This document shows, one piece after another, positions 54,901-60,652 of a stretch of 64,000 nt of DNA (the first letter of the stretch is position 1; each line of letters begins with the position of its first letter). Both the position numbers and the translations under genes were made by a program. The notes beneath the pieces are model-generated. The model did not search any database. It worked only from the letters and a program-made list of their open reading frames with translations, and was not told the origin of the DNA. Source of the stretch: Bispira polyomma (lineage: Eukaryota); NCBI GenBank assembly GCA_965649765.1, contig OZ287752.1, positions 87,234,001-87,298,000 of the forward strand, written 5' to 3'.

Positions 54901-55700
54901 CCACAATCGATGGCCAGGCATCGTCTGTGGCACAGTTATTTTTGCCAGTATTTGTTGATTTGGCTTAAAACTTTAGGCCTGACAAATTTCAGATACAGTG
55001 GTGAATTTTAGATTTCTTACTCTAATGACGGATAAGTTCTCACATTACTGAATGTTTTGTATGATTTGATGTGGCTCAGACAAATACTGTGACTAGACGC
55101 TGGACGTATATTAGTTTGTCTCCCTGATCTTCTCATAAAGCACACACTTGTAGAGTATGCTCTTCACATCTACAATGTATACATATATTCCCCCCTGTCT
55201 GTTACAGTATGTGTGCCATTAGTATTCTTTTCACACTACAATGTACACATATATATTGTGCATGTTACAGTATGTGTGCCATTAGTATCGTCTAGCAGTG
55301 TTTCTTCTCCCCAGGGTGATGTGTAGGAGGGTGTCTGTAAGGTGATAGTTTTACTCCTGACATATATCTACAATTCTTTCTCCTCCTCAGGGTGACGAGT
55401 ATGAAGATATCTGTGAAGATATCTGTTAGGTGATGGTTTTACTCCTGACGTATATATATAATTAGTATCATCGACCACTGTTCTCCTCTCTAGGGTGACG
55501 AATATGGAGGTGTACGTAAAGCTGATGTACATGAGCGCCAACGCCTTATCCAACTGGTGCACCTGCAAGCGCAGGAGATTGAGGCGTTGAAGGAAGAGAT
55601 CACCCTGTTGTCACGTAAAGGAGGCCATATCCTGCCCCCCGCCCAGCCACCCATGCCCCAGAGTGCCCAGGCTAGCCGGCCTAGTGGGCCAGGGACATAG
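6812..55700 (+). CDS. CFAP44: Cilia- and flagella-associated protein 44 (WDR52), 33 coding exons in window, 5'-partial
   Basis: Spliced translation matches CFAP44 as I recall it: [132 protein letters not shown]. All 32 internal introns are GT-AG with consistent phase; exon lengths sum to 5143 nt (1 + 1714 codons incl. TAG). First exon begins in phase 2, so upstream exons are required. Confidence 0.97.
6941..7306 (+). repeat. Donor-anchored 36-bp array (exon 1 end + GTGAGT)
   Basis: gagtacaagtggagggggcattggggctataaca|gt x ~10. Confidence 0.95.
8165..8753. mobile_element. Non-autonomous DNA transposon with ~30-bp TIRs, CAC...GTG termini
   Basis: cacagtttctaacagatctcggctcatttt versus reverse complement of aaaattagccgaaatctgttagaaactgtg; no clear TSD. 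Confidence 0.7.
8923..9062 (+). CDS. CFAP44: CFAP44 exon 2
   Basis: cag|[14 protein letters not shown]...YSFVDF AG|gtaaat. Confidence 0.93.
9030..9450 (+). repeat. Donor-anchored 56-bp array (exon 2 end + GTAAAT)
   Basis: caggcttgctactcatttgtggactttag|gtaaatgtaaacaaagtacaaacaac x ~7. Confidence 0.95.
9631..10147 (+). repeat. Acceptor-anchored 30-bp array plus partial copy of exon 3
   Basis: actgtatattccag|tcctgacgtatacata units; exon-3 5' copy at ~10018-10081. Confidence 0.93.
10148..10330 (+). CDS. CFAP44: CFAP44 exon 3
   Basis: tttcag|[17 protein letters not shown]...SGTGHI AG|gtacgt. Confidence 0.9.
12208..12379 (+). CDS. CFAP44: CFAP44 exon 4
   Basis: cccag|[16 protein letters not shown]...DGGLIK|gtaagg. 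Confidence 0.95.
12328..12690 (+). repeat. Three copies of exon 4 3' end + donor
   Basis: gtctggggccgagtgggggaacatgttattatgggatggaggtctgatcaag|gtaag separated by GT microsatellite. Confidence 0.95.
12924..13031 (+). CDS. CFAP44: CFAP44 exon 5
   Basis: ttcag|[14 protein letters not shown]...VGTDGYIR|gtaagt. Confidence 0.93.
13020..13640 (+). repeat. Donor-anchored ~21-bp array (exon 5)
   Basis: ggatacatccgg|gtaagtggg units. Confidence 0.93.
14046..14204 (+). CDS. CFAP44: CFAP44 exon 6
   Basis: tccag|[12 protein letters not shown]...TIWYAQ|gtaagt. Confidence 0.93.
14200..14480 (+). repeat. Donor-anchored 31-bp array (exon 6)
   Basis: ctgag|gtgagtggtagttaccatgtggtgta units. Confidence 0.88.
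14594..14741 (+). CDS. CFAP44: CFAP44 exon 7
   Basis: cacag|[14 protein letters not shown]...ATTGND C|gtaaga. Confidence 0.93.
14886..14980 (+). CDS. CFAP44: CFAP44 exon 8
   Basis: ttcag|[12 protein letters not shown]...LMWAPQL|gtaagt. Confidence 0.92.
15363..15470 (+). CDS. CFAP44: CFAP44 exon 9
   Basis: cacag|[20 protein letters not shown]...GRKKE|gtgagt. Confidence 0.93.
15470..16139 (+). repeat. Donor-derived ~20-bp array followed by ~74-bp acceptor copies (whole intron 9-10)
   Basis: g|gtgagtcacatgatcactg units, then gtag|gaccagag copies at ~15990 and ~16063. Confidence 0.88.
16140..16349 (+). CDS. CFAP44: CFAP44 exon 10
   Basis: tgtag|[14 protein letters not shown]...[13 protein letters not shown]...SPASE|gtaagt. 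Confidence 0.92.
17170..17322 (+). CDS. CFAP44: CFAP44 exon 11
   Basis: ttcag|[17 protein letters not shown]...FKSVKSHLR|gtgagt. Confidence 0.92.
17958..18081 (+). CDS. CFAP44: CFAP44 exon 12
   Basis: ttcag|[12 protein letters not shown]...EHGDDP G|gtaact. Confidence 0.9.
18078..19220 (+). repeat. Donor-anchored 29-bp array (exon 12)
   Basis: ctag|gtaactgtggtaacagggtgttaga x ~39. Confidence 0.95.
19366..19494 (+). CDS. CFAP44: CFAP44 exon 13
   Basis: tacag|[25 protein letters not shown]...[10 protein letters not shown]|gtaacc. Confidence 0.9.
19503..19852. mobile_element. hAT-like MITE (TAGGG...CCCTA termini)
   Basis: tagggctgtgaatgg versus ccagtcacaccccta; flanks gtaaccag / gtaagaag (6/8 match, possible TSD). 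Confidence 0.55.
19880..20520. repeat. 22-24-bp minisatellite
   Basis: atatgaccaatatgtgagctgt units. Confidence 0.93.
21021..21182 (+). mobile_element. tRNA-derived SINE fragment
   Basis: ggggccgcggtggcctag A-box head; similar to copies at ~16580, ~23870 and 60395. Confidence 0.55.
21356..21488 (+). CDS. CFAP44: CFAP44 exon 14
   Basis: tccag|GT YLYECEF...PVQCIKY TC|gtaagt. Confidence 0.92.
21477..21945 (+). repeat. Donor-anchored ~19-bp array (exon 14)
   Basis: catcaagtactc|gtaagta units decaying distally. Confidence 0.9.
22329..22602 (+). CDS. CFAP44: CFAP44 exon 15
   Basis: tccag|[17 protein letters not shown]...HDNNYG...KAKIPSAR|gtaaga. Confidence 0.94.
23243..23295 (+). CDS. CFAP44: CFAP44 exon 16
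   Basis: tacag|[19 protein letters not shown]|gtgtgt. Confidence 0.9.
23305..23625. repeat. 32-bp minisatellite just inside the intron after exon 16
   Basis: ctataggatggtataactatggtcttaatgta units. Confidence 0.92.
24429..24587 (+). CDS. CFAP44: CFAP44 exon 17
   Basis: tccag|[14 protein letters not shown]...[10 protein letters not shown]|gtgagt. Confidence 0.93.
24508..25195 (+). repeat. Copies of exon 17 3' end + donor
   Basis: ~80-nt exon copies at ~24648-24727 and ~24884-24961 ending ttggacag|gtga, plus short gacag|gt repeats. Confidence 0.92.
25342..25476 (+). CDS. CFAP44: CFAP44 exon 18
   Basis: aacag|[11 protein letters not shown]...[19 protein letters not shown]|gtgaga. Confidence 0.93.
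25459..25772 (+). repeat. Donor-anchored 32-bp array (exon 18)
   Basis: gcataaactgaggatg(a/g)g|gtgagatacttaga units. Confidence 0.93.
25832..25982 (+). CDS. CFAP44: CFAP44 exon 19
   Basis: cacag|[13 protein letters not shown]...TTMYSK|gtaggg. Confidence 0.9.
26740..29128 (+). mobile_element. Helentron-associated non-autonomous element (HINE-like) with internal ~140-bp satellite array
   Basis: Subterminal inverted repeat aagcgttcc / gggacgctt, 5' GCC microsatellite, ~10 tandem units containing tatctcggaaacggtgctagatagagcg...ggcggccatcttgaa (27655-29030), 3' hairpin tttttg-ttat-caaaaa before ctagttt. Confidence 0.65.
29655..29885 (+). mobile_element. tRNA-derived SINE
   Basis: A-box-like agtggcgcagtg, B-box-like ggttccaatc, 3' end ttaaaccccaaatcaaatca. 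Confidence 0.6.
30308..32280. repeat. Cluster of minisatellites (36, 28, ~54 and 18/24 bp units)
   Basis: accattagacacctaaacacagggaactgtatatat; acctcatgtcccagtaccttagtacagc; cttcccacaattcctgta. Confidence 0.9.
32336..33041. mobile_element. Foldback/MITE with long TIRs and internal palindromy
   Basis: gggcctgtattcactaaagttcttatactta ... taagtataagaactttggtgaatacaggccc; shorter relatives at ~9476-9568 and ~20566-20668. Confidence 0.8.
33550..33744 (+). CDS. CFAP44: CFAP44 exon 20
   Basis: ctcag|[12 protein letters not shown]...KRAVRRSQ|gtgagt. Confidence 0.88.
34051..34905 (+). mobile_element. Second, shorter HINE-like relative of the 26740-29128 element
   Basis: Shares aagggcgctt near the 5' end, tatctcggaaa..gtgctagatagagcgatttcg core and gggacgctt.gtttttg 3' end. 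Confidence 0.6.
35712..36340 (+). repeat. Acceptor-anchored 80-bp array (exon 21)
   Basis: Seven upstream copies of ctccctcag|tggtcagaacttaacaccagtaaacccgatgacacatgggaa. Confidence 0.97.
36299..36487 (+). CDS. CFAP44: CFAP44 exon 21
   Basis: ctcag|[18 protein letters not shown]...[12 protein letters not shown]...LKDL|gtgggt. Confidence 0.93.
36894..37078 (+). CDS. CFAP44: CFAP44 exon 22
   Basis: ttcag|[19 protein letters not shown]...HPEELPE AA|gtaggg. Confidence 0.92.
37867..37996 (+). CDS. CFAP44: CFAP44 exon 23
   Basis: cacag|[14 protein letters not shown]...[11 protein letters not shown]|gtaagg. Confidence 0.88.
37961..38820 (+). repeat. Donor-anchored 36-41-bp G-rich array (exon 23)
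   Basis: tttgggggtggggcagtggtacatgtaaag|gtaagg x ~22. Confidence 0.95.
39107..39258 (+). CDS. CFAP44: CFAP44 exon 24
   Basis: accag|[11 protein letters not shown]...LSQAEQI AG|gtgggt. Confidence 0.87.
39354..40212. repeat. 40-bp minisatellite
   Basis: ttgctcaggtcttatattaactagtgaagttgatgattgt x ~21. Confidence 0.95.
40556..40684 (+). CDS. CFAP44: CFAP44 exon 25
   Basis: cacag|[10 protein letters not shown]...[10 protein letters not shown]...NADL AG|gtaaga. Confidence 0.94.
40886..41000 (+). CDS. CFAP44: CFAP44 exon 26
   Basis: cacag|[20 protein letters not shown]...MQDK|gtgagt. Confidence 0.94.
41710..42141 (+). repeat. Acceptor-anchored ~46-bp array (exon 27)
   Basis: ctctgttttag|attgtccaggttcaggcctataactgtccctccc units. 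Confidence 0.93.
42124..42310 (+). CDS. CFAP44: CFAP44 exon 27
   Basis: tttag|[23 protein letters not shown]...KVFKKKIKR...EDE G|gtgggt. Confidence 0.92.
45474..45550 (-). mobile_element. tRNA-like (Gln-like) SINE head or tRNA pseudogene
   Basis: Minus strand tgtggcctaatggttag (A box) ...ggactttggatc... gggttcgatcc (B box); acceptor stem does not pair. Confidence 0.5.
45666..45787 (+). CDS. CFAP44: CFAP44 exon 28
   Basis: ttcag|AT acidic tract...[11 protein letters not shown]|gtacaa. Confidence 0.92.
46129..46305 (+). CDS. CFAP44: CFAP44 exon 29
   Basis: tgtag|[18 protein letters not shown]...ELEAFQ|gtaagt. Confidence 0.93.
46316..46832 (+). repeat. Purine/G-run rich ~54-bp array after exon 29
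   Basis: gtgtgatagaatgagaggtgagagaggggtggggggaaggtggggaagggggg units. Confidence 0.93.
47310..47506 (+). CDS. CFAP44: CFAP44 exon 30
   Basis: aacag|[22 protein letters not shown]...QRKEK AG|gtgggt. Confidence 0.93.
47889..48114 (+). CDS. CFAP44: CFAP44 exon 31
   Basis: tacag|[13 protein letters not shown]...[12 protein letters not shown]...VTRWD|gtaagt. Confidence 0.93.
48405..49760. repeat. 37-40-bp minisatellite abutting the exon 32 acceptor
   Basis: gtccactaaataccagtgtccaccactcagacattctgtt units. Confidence 0.95.
49775..49909 (+). CDS. CFAP44: CFAP44 exon 32
   Basis: tctag|[13 protein letters not shown]...LDSRQKNL|gtgagt. Confidence 0.92.
50092..50924 (-). mobile_element. Solo LTR (Ty3/Gypsy-like)
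   Basis: TGTTAC...GTAACA termini, 4-bp TSD GTGT both sides (50088-50091, 50925-50928), minus-strand TATA (~50685) upstream of AATAAA (~50180). Confidence 0.8.
51632..52508. mobile_element. Kolobok-type non-autonomous DNA transposon
   Basis: TTAA|GGCTTTAGTGACGTAAACACA ... TGTGTTTACGTTACTAAAACC|TTAA: TTAA TSD with RR...YY termini. Confidence 0.8.
52983..53255. repeat. 53-bp minisatellite
   Basis: tgtagtcacaatgtacacccctggatgtctgttcacgcatacactaatattaa x5. Confidence 0.9.
53485..53973. mobile_element. MITE with imperfect ~30-bp TIRs
   Basis: agccaattcgtagttccgagtgcgca versus tgggcactcaagtctatgaattggct. Confidence 0.55.
55494..55700 (+). CDS. CFAP44: CFAP44 terminal coding exon 33
   Basis: tctag|[12 protein letters not shown]...[21 protein letters not shown]...PGT TAG. 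Confidence 0.94.
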   Translation, partial: GDEYGGVRKADVHERQRLIQLVHLQAQEIEALKEEITLLSRKGGHILPPAQPPMPQSAQASRPSGPGT

Positions 55701-56231
55701 GTAGTCGTTAATATTAGGCCAGTGTACATACAAACAGGGAGGGGGGCATTAGCTAGAACTGACAGCAGTGATCAGACATTAGTCAACATTGGTGGTATAA
55801 ATGCCTAAAACAGCTCTATCAAAGACTCCCATATAGAGATGGTAACATTCGCTATATTCCTTGAATTTTCAAAACCAAAATCAGTTGTTGTTCAATATTT
55901 CTAGATTTATAGAAGGTTTTCATTTTCTGTGTAGAAGTGATTCTTGTAAACACAAGCCAAACCTAATTGTTTACATATCTTTTTAACCAGAACATTGGTT
56001 TTGTGGTTTAGAAATGGCAGAGTGGGATACTTAAATCTTAATATAGACATTGTCTTTTCTAAGTGTTTAATTTATATTTGTTATATATTTGTGAGATATG
56101 TTGTTATAACCTCTTATGTTATGAAATGTTTCCAAATACTGTGATATACATTTTAATTTTCAGTCACTTCTTGTGTTTTATTGTTCAGTAAGTGATGATC
56201 CCAGCATGTTCAGGAAGATTGTTTTCAACCA

Positions 56232-56254
56232 AATAAAAATGTAAATGAAATAAA
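56232..56254 (+). terminator. Candidate CFAP44 polyadenylation signals (two AATAAA)
   Basis: AATAAA at 56232 and 56249, ~530 nt after the stop, followed by a T/GT-rich tract at ~56281-56295. Confidence 0.55.
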
Positions 56255-56289
56255 AGTGAAAGAGCATTGGATCTGGTGAAGTTTTTTGT

Positions 56290-56545
56290 TATTTGGCCTC
56301 ATTCCCACACTTAATATCTGTACACACCCAATAAAAGGTAAAGCAAGGTTGTGTACTTTGGCCTCATTTCCACACTTATTATCTGTACACACCCAATAAA
56401 AGGTAAAGAAAGGTTGTGTACTTTGGCCTCATTCCCACACATATTATCTGTACACACCCAAGAAAAGGTAAAGAAAGGTTGTGTACTTTGGCCTCATTCC
56501 CACACTTATTATCTGTACACCCAATAAAAGGTAAAGAAAGGTTAT
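56290..56545 (+). repeat. ~67-bp array just downstream of the poly(A) signals
   Basis: ttggcctcattcccacacttattatctgtacacacccaataaaaggtaaagaaaggttgtgtact x4. Confidence 0.9.
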
Positions 56546-56899
56546 GTAATTTGTCCCAGTCACTATACTGGAGCACCCACTAAACTCACTAGTACTTATA
56601 AGGGTCCTACTCCCTTGGGTTTTAATGTCCCACTTAATCTGACTATGTGTAACTACACACACATTTAGACAACTTCAAGGCACACTCGTCACAGTCCTCA
56701 CACTTACATTTGCTTTGAGAAATCTGAGACAAACTATCAGCATTAATGTGTAGTGTCCCTTTCTTTTGCTGAACCTCATAATCATATTATTGATTACAGA
56801 ATGCCATCTAGCTAACATACCCTAGAACCAAAGGTCTGTCCTAAATATAATGGTTTAACTGTCTCATAAAAACTACAGCATTTAATAATTCCCGTATGG

Positions 56900-58745
56900 T
56901 AGTACAATAAGTTTAATAAGTTTTACTTCCATAACCAATTCCATATATTCTGAGCCATTTTCATCTAGCTGACTTAACACTGCACCTACAACAGAAAATA
57001 CACCATCAGTGTCGGATCATTTCTTAGACGAGCTAAAAGTATTTTATACATATTTTATAAACAAATATTTTTAGAAATCTGAAGAGTGGCAACTGTTTTA
57101 TATTGATTGATTACAATATTATTTAAGCTGTAAAATGAACCAGTGTCCGATTTTCCGCCAGTCAGTTACATTTTTACCATAGACTTTACACACACCTGTT
57201 GTAAATATCCTGTGAGCTATACTCTTCTGCTAGGTTATAAACATGGCTAATTAGGCATAATTACATAGGTTAGACAGATAAGATGCATCTTCTTTGAGAA
57301 TCTATATCATTACAACTGTACATTTTTTGATTAACAATACATTAGACTACTTCAACTCATTGTTTGCTATAAGTTGAATGCTAGGGGACCCCAATAAGAT
57401 GCAATGATTTGAACATTCACTGTGTTACATCCATATTTATCCATTCATCCCCTTTCCCAGTTAAATGCAGCATTCTATACAAGTATTAAACAAACATTAA
57501 CATTCTTTAAAAACAAATTTTAAATTTGTATTTCAATTATTTAGCTTGCACCAGGCAAGATAAAATATCGAAGCCATGTTCCTTGAACACAGCATTCTTT
57601 CAATTCTATAATATATGTAGCATATATATTTTATTCTATCAAAAGTATCTGTAAAACAGGTAATGACAGATGGGTTGTCTGTATGGTAAAAACGTTCCTT
57701 CAATGCAACTATAGCCATTTCGGTGCTATTATTGGGTTTCAAATCAAACTGATGATAGTTTACAGTTTTGGCTACATTATTTTTAATTACTGGTACATTA
57801 GCCGCATTCAGCATGTTGTTTTGCATATAACCATAACAAGCATTGCAGAGAACGATGTAATGTTCTGAAATAATGTTATTAATGCTGGAACTCATTTGGG
57901 AGCGATGCAATTGTTTCAGACACATCCACAGATCTAACTATCATGCTATTCTCATAGCTCACACTGCCAAAGACATTTTATTGTTCAGAAGAAACACTAT
58001 TAAAGAGCAACTCAAAGTGATCTTTCCACATATTTTTAACATTTTCAATGCCACTGATATAGTTTATATAGTATGGTTACAATACTTTGTTATTGTTAGT
58101 TCAGCAAACATCTCTCCCAAGTCATTATAGTTATTGTTTTTTGTTCGCTTTAATCTTGTCCATGTTTTTGCCAAATGACCGTAGCACATATTTGAAGCTG
58201 GCCTGGGTTTGCCTCATTAGTTCTGCAACTGGACCATTTTTTGGCTTGTTCAAATTGATCCAGAGGCAAAAAGCATTATGAGCAGCCAGATGAGCCTCTT
58301 TGACAAGATCGTTCCAACCAGGAGTTTGTTGAATCGTTCATTTGTGGAAACCTTTTATGGTTTCATTGATAATTTTCAAGATTCAAGAAAATTGTCAATA
58401 ATGTTGTCATGCAAAGACTCAATATGTTGTCTCTGATGCTTAGATTGGTAGGTCATCAGTTGCTGAGTGGTACAAAGATAGCTCAGCATCATAAATATTA
58501 CTCTACTTTGTCATTTTTGTTCATAAAAGTTTACTTCATATTGTTTGGAAGAAAGTCCATATCTAATTTAAGGACATAGGTTTATGATCTATGTACCAGT
58601 AGTCGATTTTAATATCAACAATTAAGGAATGAGCATCTTTTGAGAAAATAAAGTGGTCAGTCCAGGAGGTGGTACACCAAGCATCACTAACGATGGTGAA
58701 AGAATTATCAGACAATAGTAAGTTAGAAATACATAAGTCAGGGTA
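56900..58745 (-). mobile_element. Decayed non-LTR retrotransposon (APE endonuclease + RT remnants)
   Basis: Minus-strand remnants: SFTIVSDAWCTTSWTDHF...IDHKPM (endonuclease C-terminus), PGWNDLVKEAH...KPKNGPVAELMRQT, VPVIKN...QFDLKPNNSTEMAIVALKE...FDRI (RT); many stops and deletions; left boundary approximate. Confidence 0.75.
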
Positions 58746-60394
58746 ATTTATATTTTTAGTGCGATAAATACTTTTTACCTTATCCTCACTAATGCTTTAA
58801 TTTAGTACACCTAAAAGATATTCGACCTAAAAAATCACGTCAGTCTTTTTGCTAAGACTGAAGTCCCGTCTATTCTCGTCCTCGAGATACCCTTCACAAT
58901 TAATTTGGTCGCCATTGTGGCAACACCTAGTTCGATCTACTGCTGGGGAGTTTTGAGGAGAAGAAGCTTTATTTCATAAGGCAGGATGTCTTATTGCCGA
59001 GGAACTTTGGTTTCTGCAGTTATATTCAACTAATGCAGCGTTTTGGAGGGTTTTACAGAACCTTGATTTCGTTAGCGGTCTTTTGCGTCCATTCCCATAT
59101 TTGACGTATTTTGGAATAGCACAGGGTCAATTTGGCACTGATGTTGCCGGATGATTGTTTTGTGTGCCTGGCTCTGTTTTTAGAGCATAGGAGGCGCATC
59201 AAACTTTCTATGGCGAAGATGATTTTTGCATATGTGCAGTGATGTCGTAACTGTGATGTCCTAACAGTGATTTCCCTACAGGGATGTCTCAACAGGGATG
59301 TTATGATGGTGATGGCTCTACAGTGATGTCCCAACAGTGATGTCCCAATAGTGATGTTCCAACAGTGATGTCTCAACAAACTCAGCGTCTGTGTGCATGT
59401 CTCAACAAACTCAGCGTCTGTGCTTGTTAAAAGCCTCCACAACGTTTGGGTGATATATTAATTGCTTATAGTTCATTGTGAACGCTTGAAGCTCTTAGTA
59501 TGTCCTACAGCTGATGATCCCTGACTTACTTAAGTTGACTGCCACTCAGGAGTTAGCAGCTATGTTTGCTGATAGTTCACCTGTGAACGATAGAAGATCT
59601 TGCCAAGTACTACGGGGATTTATCCAGCCAGCCTCTGCCTGGGGGCTGTGATGTCTAATTGAGGGTGACCCCAGCAGGGTTGCTACAAGTTCCATTTCAA
59701 GCCATTTTGTCTATTTTGCTGAGCAGTTTGACAGATTACAGTGGAAGAAGACCTTGGCAGATGAGGGTGAATTGTCAGCACACACGTTTGACGGGGCTAT
59801 TTTGGTTAGGGAAGAGCTTGTTGAAGTCTCCCTGAAACTGGAAGTTTACAGAGATGATGTTTCCACTGAAGCAGAAGATCTCACATGTTTCCCCATTGTT
59901 GACATTTTTGTCCACAATTTTGTCTTGAAGCTACCAAGAGGTGTACAGAGCAACTTATCACAATGTGAGGGATGAATTTGAATTTGTATTACTTCCTGTG
60001 CAATTTTCTCCTGTGGATGAGCTTTAACCAGAGACTGGAGATTGGGGTGTTTTCACATAGATTTCTACTCTTGGGAGTCAGGATTAGTTTCCTATGGCAG
60101 AAGAGAGTCACCAGGAAATTACAGTATCTTTTCAACAGTACTCATCACAGCTATCATTTTCTTCTAATTCGTCTGATTCTTTGCTGTTTTACTTAACATA
60201 GTTTGTCTGCACTCTCATGGAGAATATGGAATCTCTCAGACCCATGGATTTTCCAGCTAACAGAAGAGATACAGTTTGAAATGGCCATGTTTTTTGACAG
60301 AAAACAATTTATATGCAGTATCCTGGTTTTCACAGGATTTCTATCTTGACAGTCACGAAAAACAATTGCTTGTACAAGTTCTCAACTTGCTGAA

Positions 60395-60652
60395 GGGGCA
60401 GCGGTGGCCTAGTGGTTAGCAAGCATTGTGCTTCACAATCACTGGTCTCTCACCTCTGGGCGGCATGAGTTCGAATCCCGTTGATGCCTATGGGAAAGGT
60501 GGTAGTTCCTTACTGTGGGCCGCTGGTTTCAGTGCAGAACCTTGACCAACTGTATGCAATGTTTCCTCCAGCGTTTCCAACTACCCGTCCCAATATAACC
60601 TACTAAAAGGTACTAGAGTGGACGTTAAATATCTAAATTAAAAAAAAAAATA
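60395..60652 (+). mobile_element. Full-length tRNA-derived SINE with TSD
   Basis: A box tggcctagtgg, B box gttcgaatcc, A-rich tail, flanking direct repeat aacttgct(g/a)aa. Confidence 0.8.

Noticed and set aside
6941-55493. Echo arrays as sequencing or assembly artefacts
   Set aside because: Copies carry consistent shared and private substitutions, graded decay and a nested LTR with TSD. Raw-read confirmation is still advisable.
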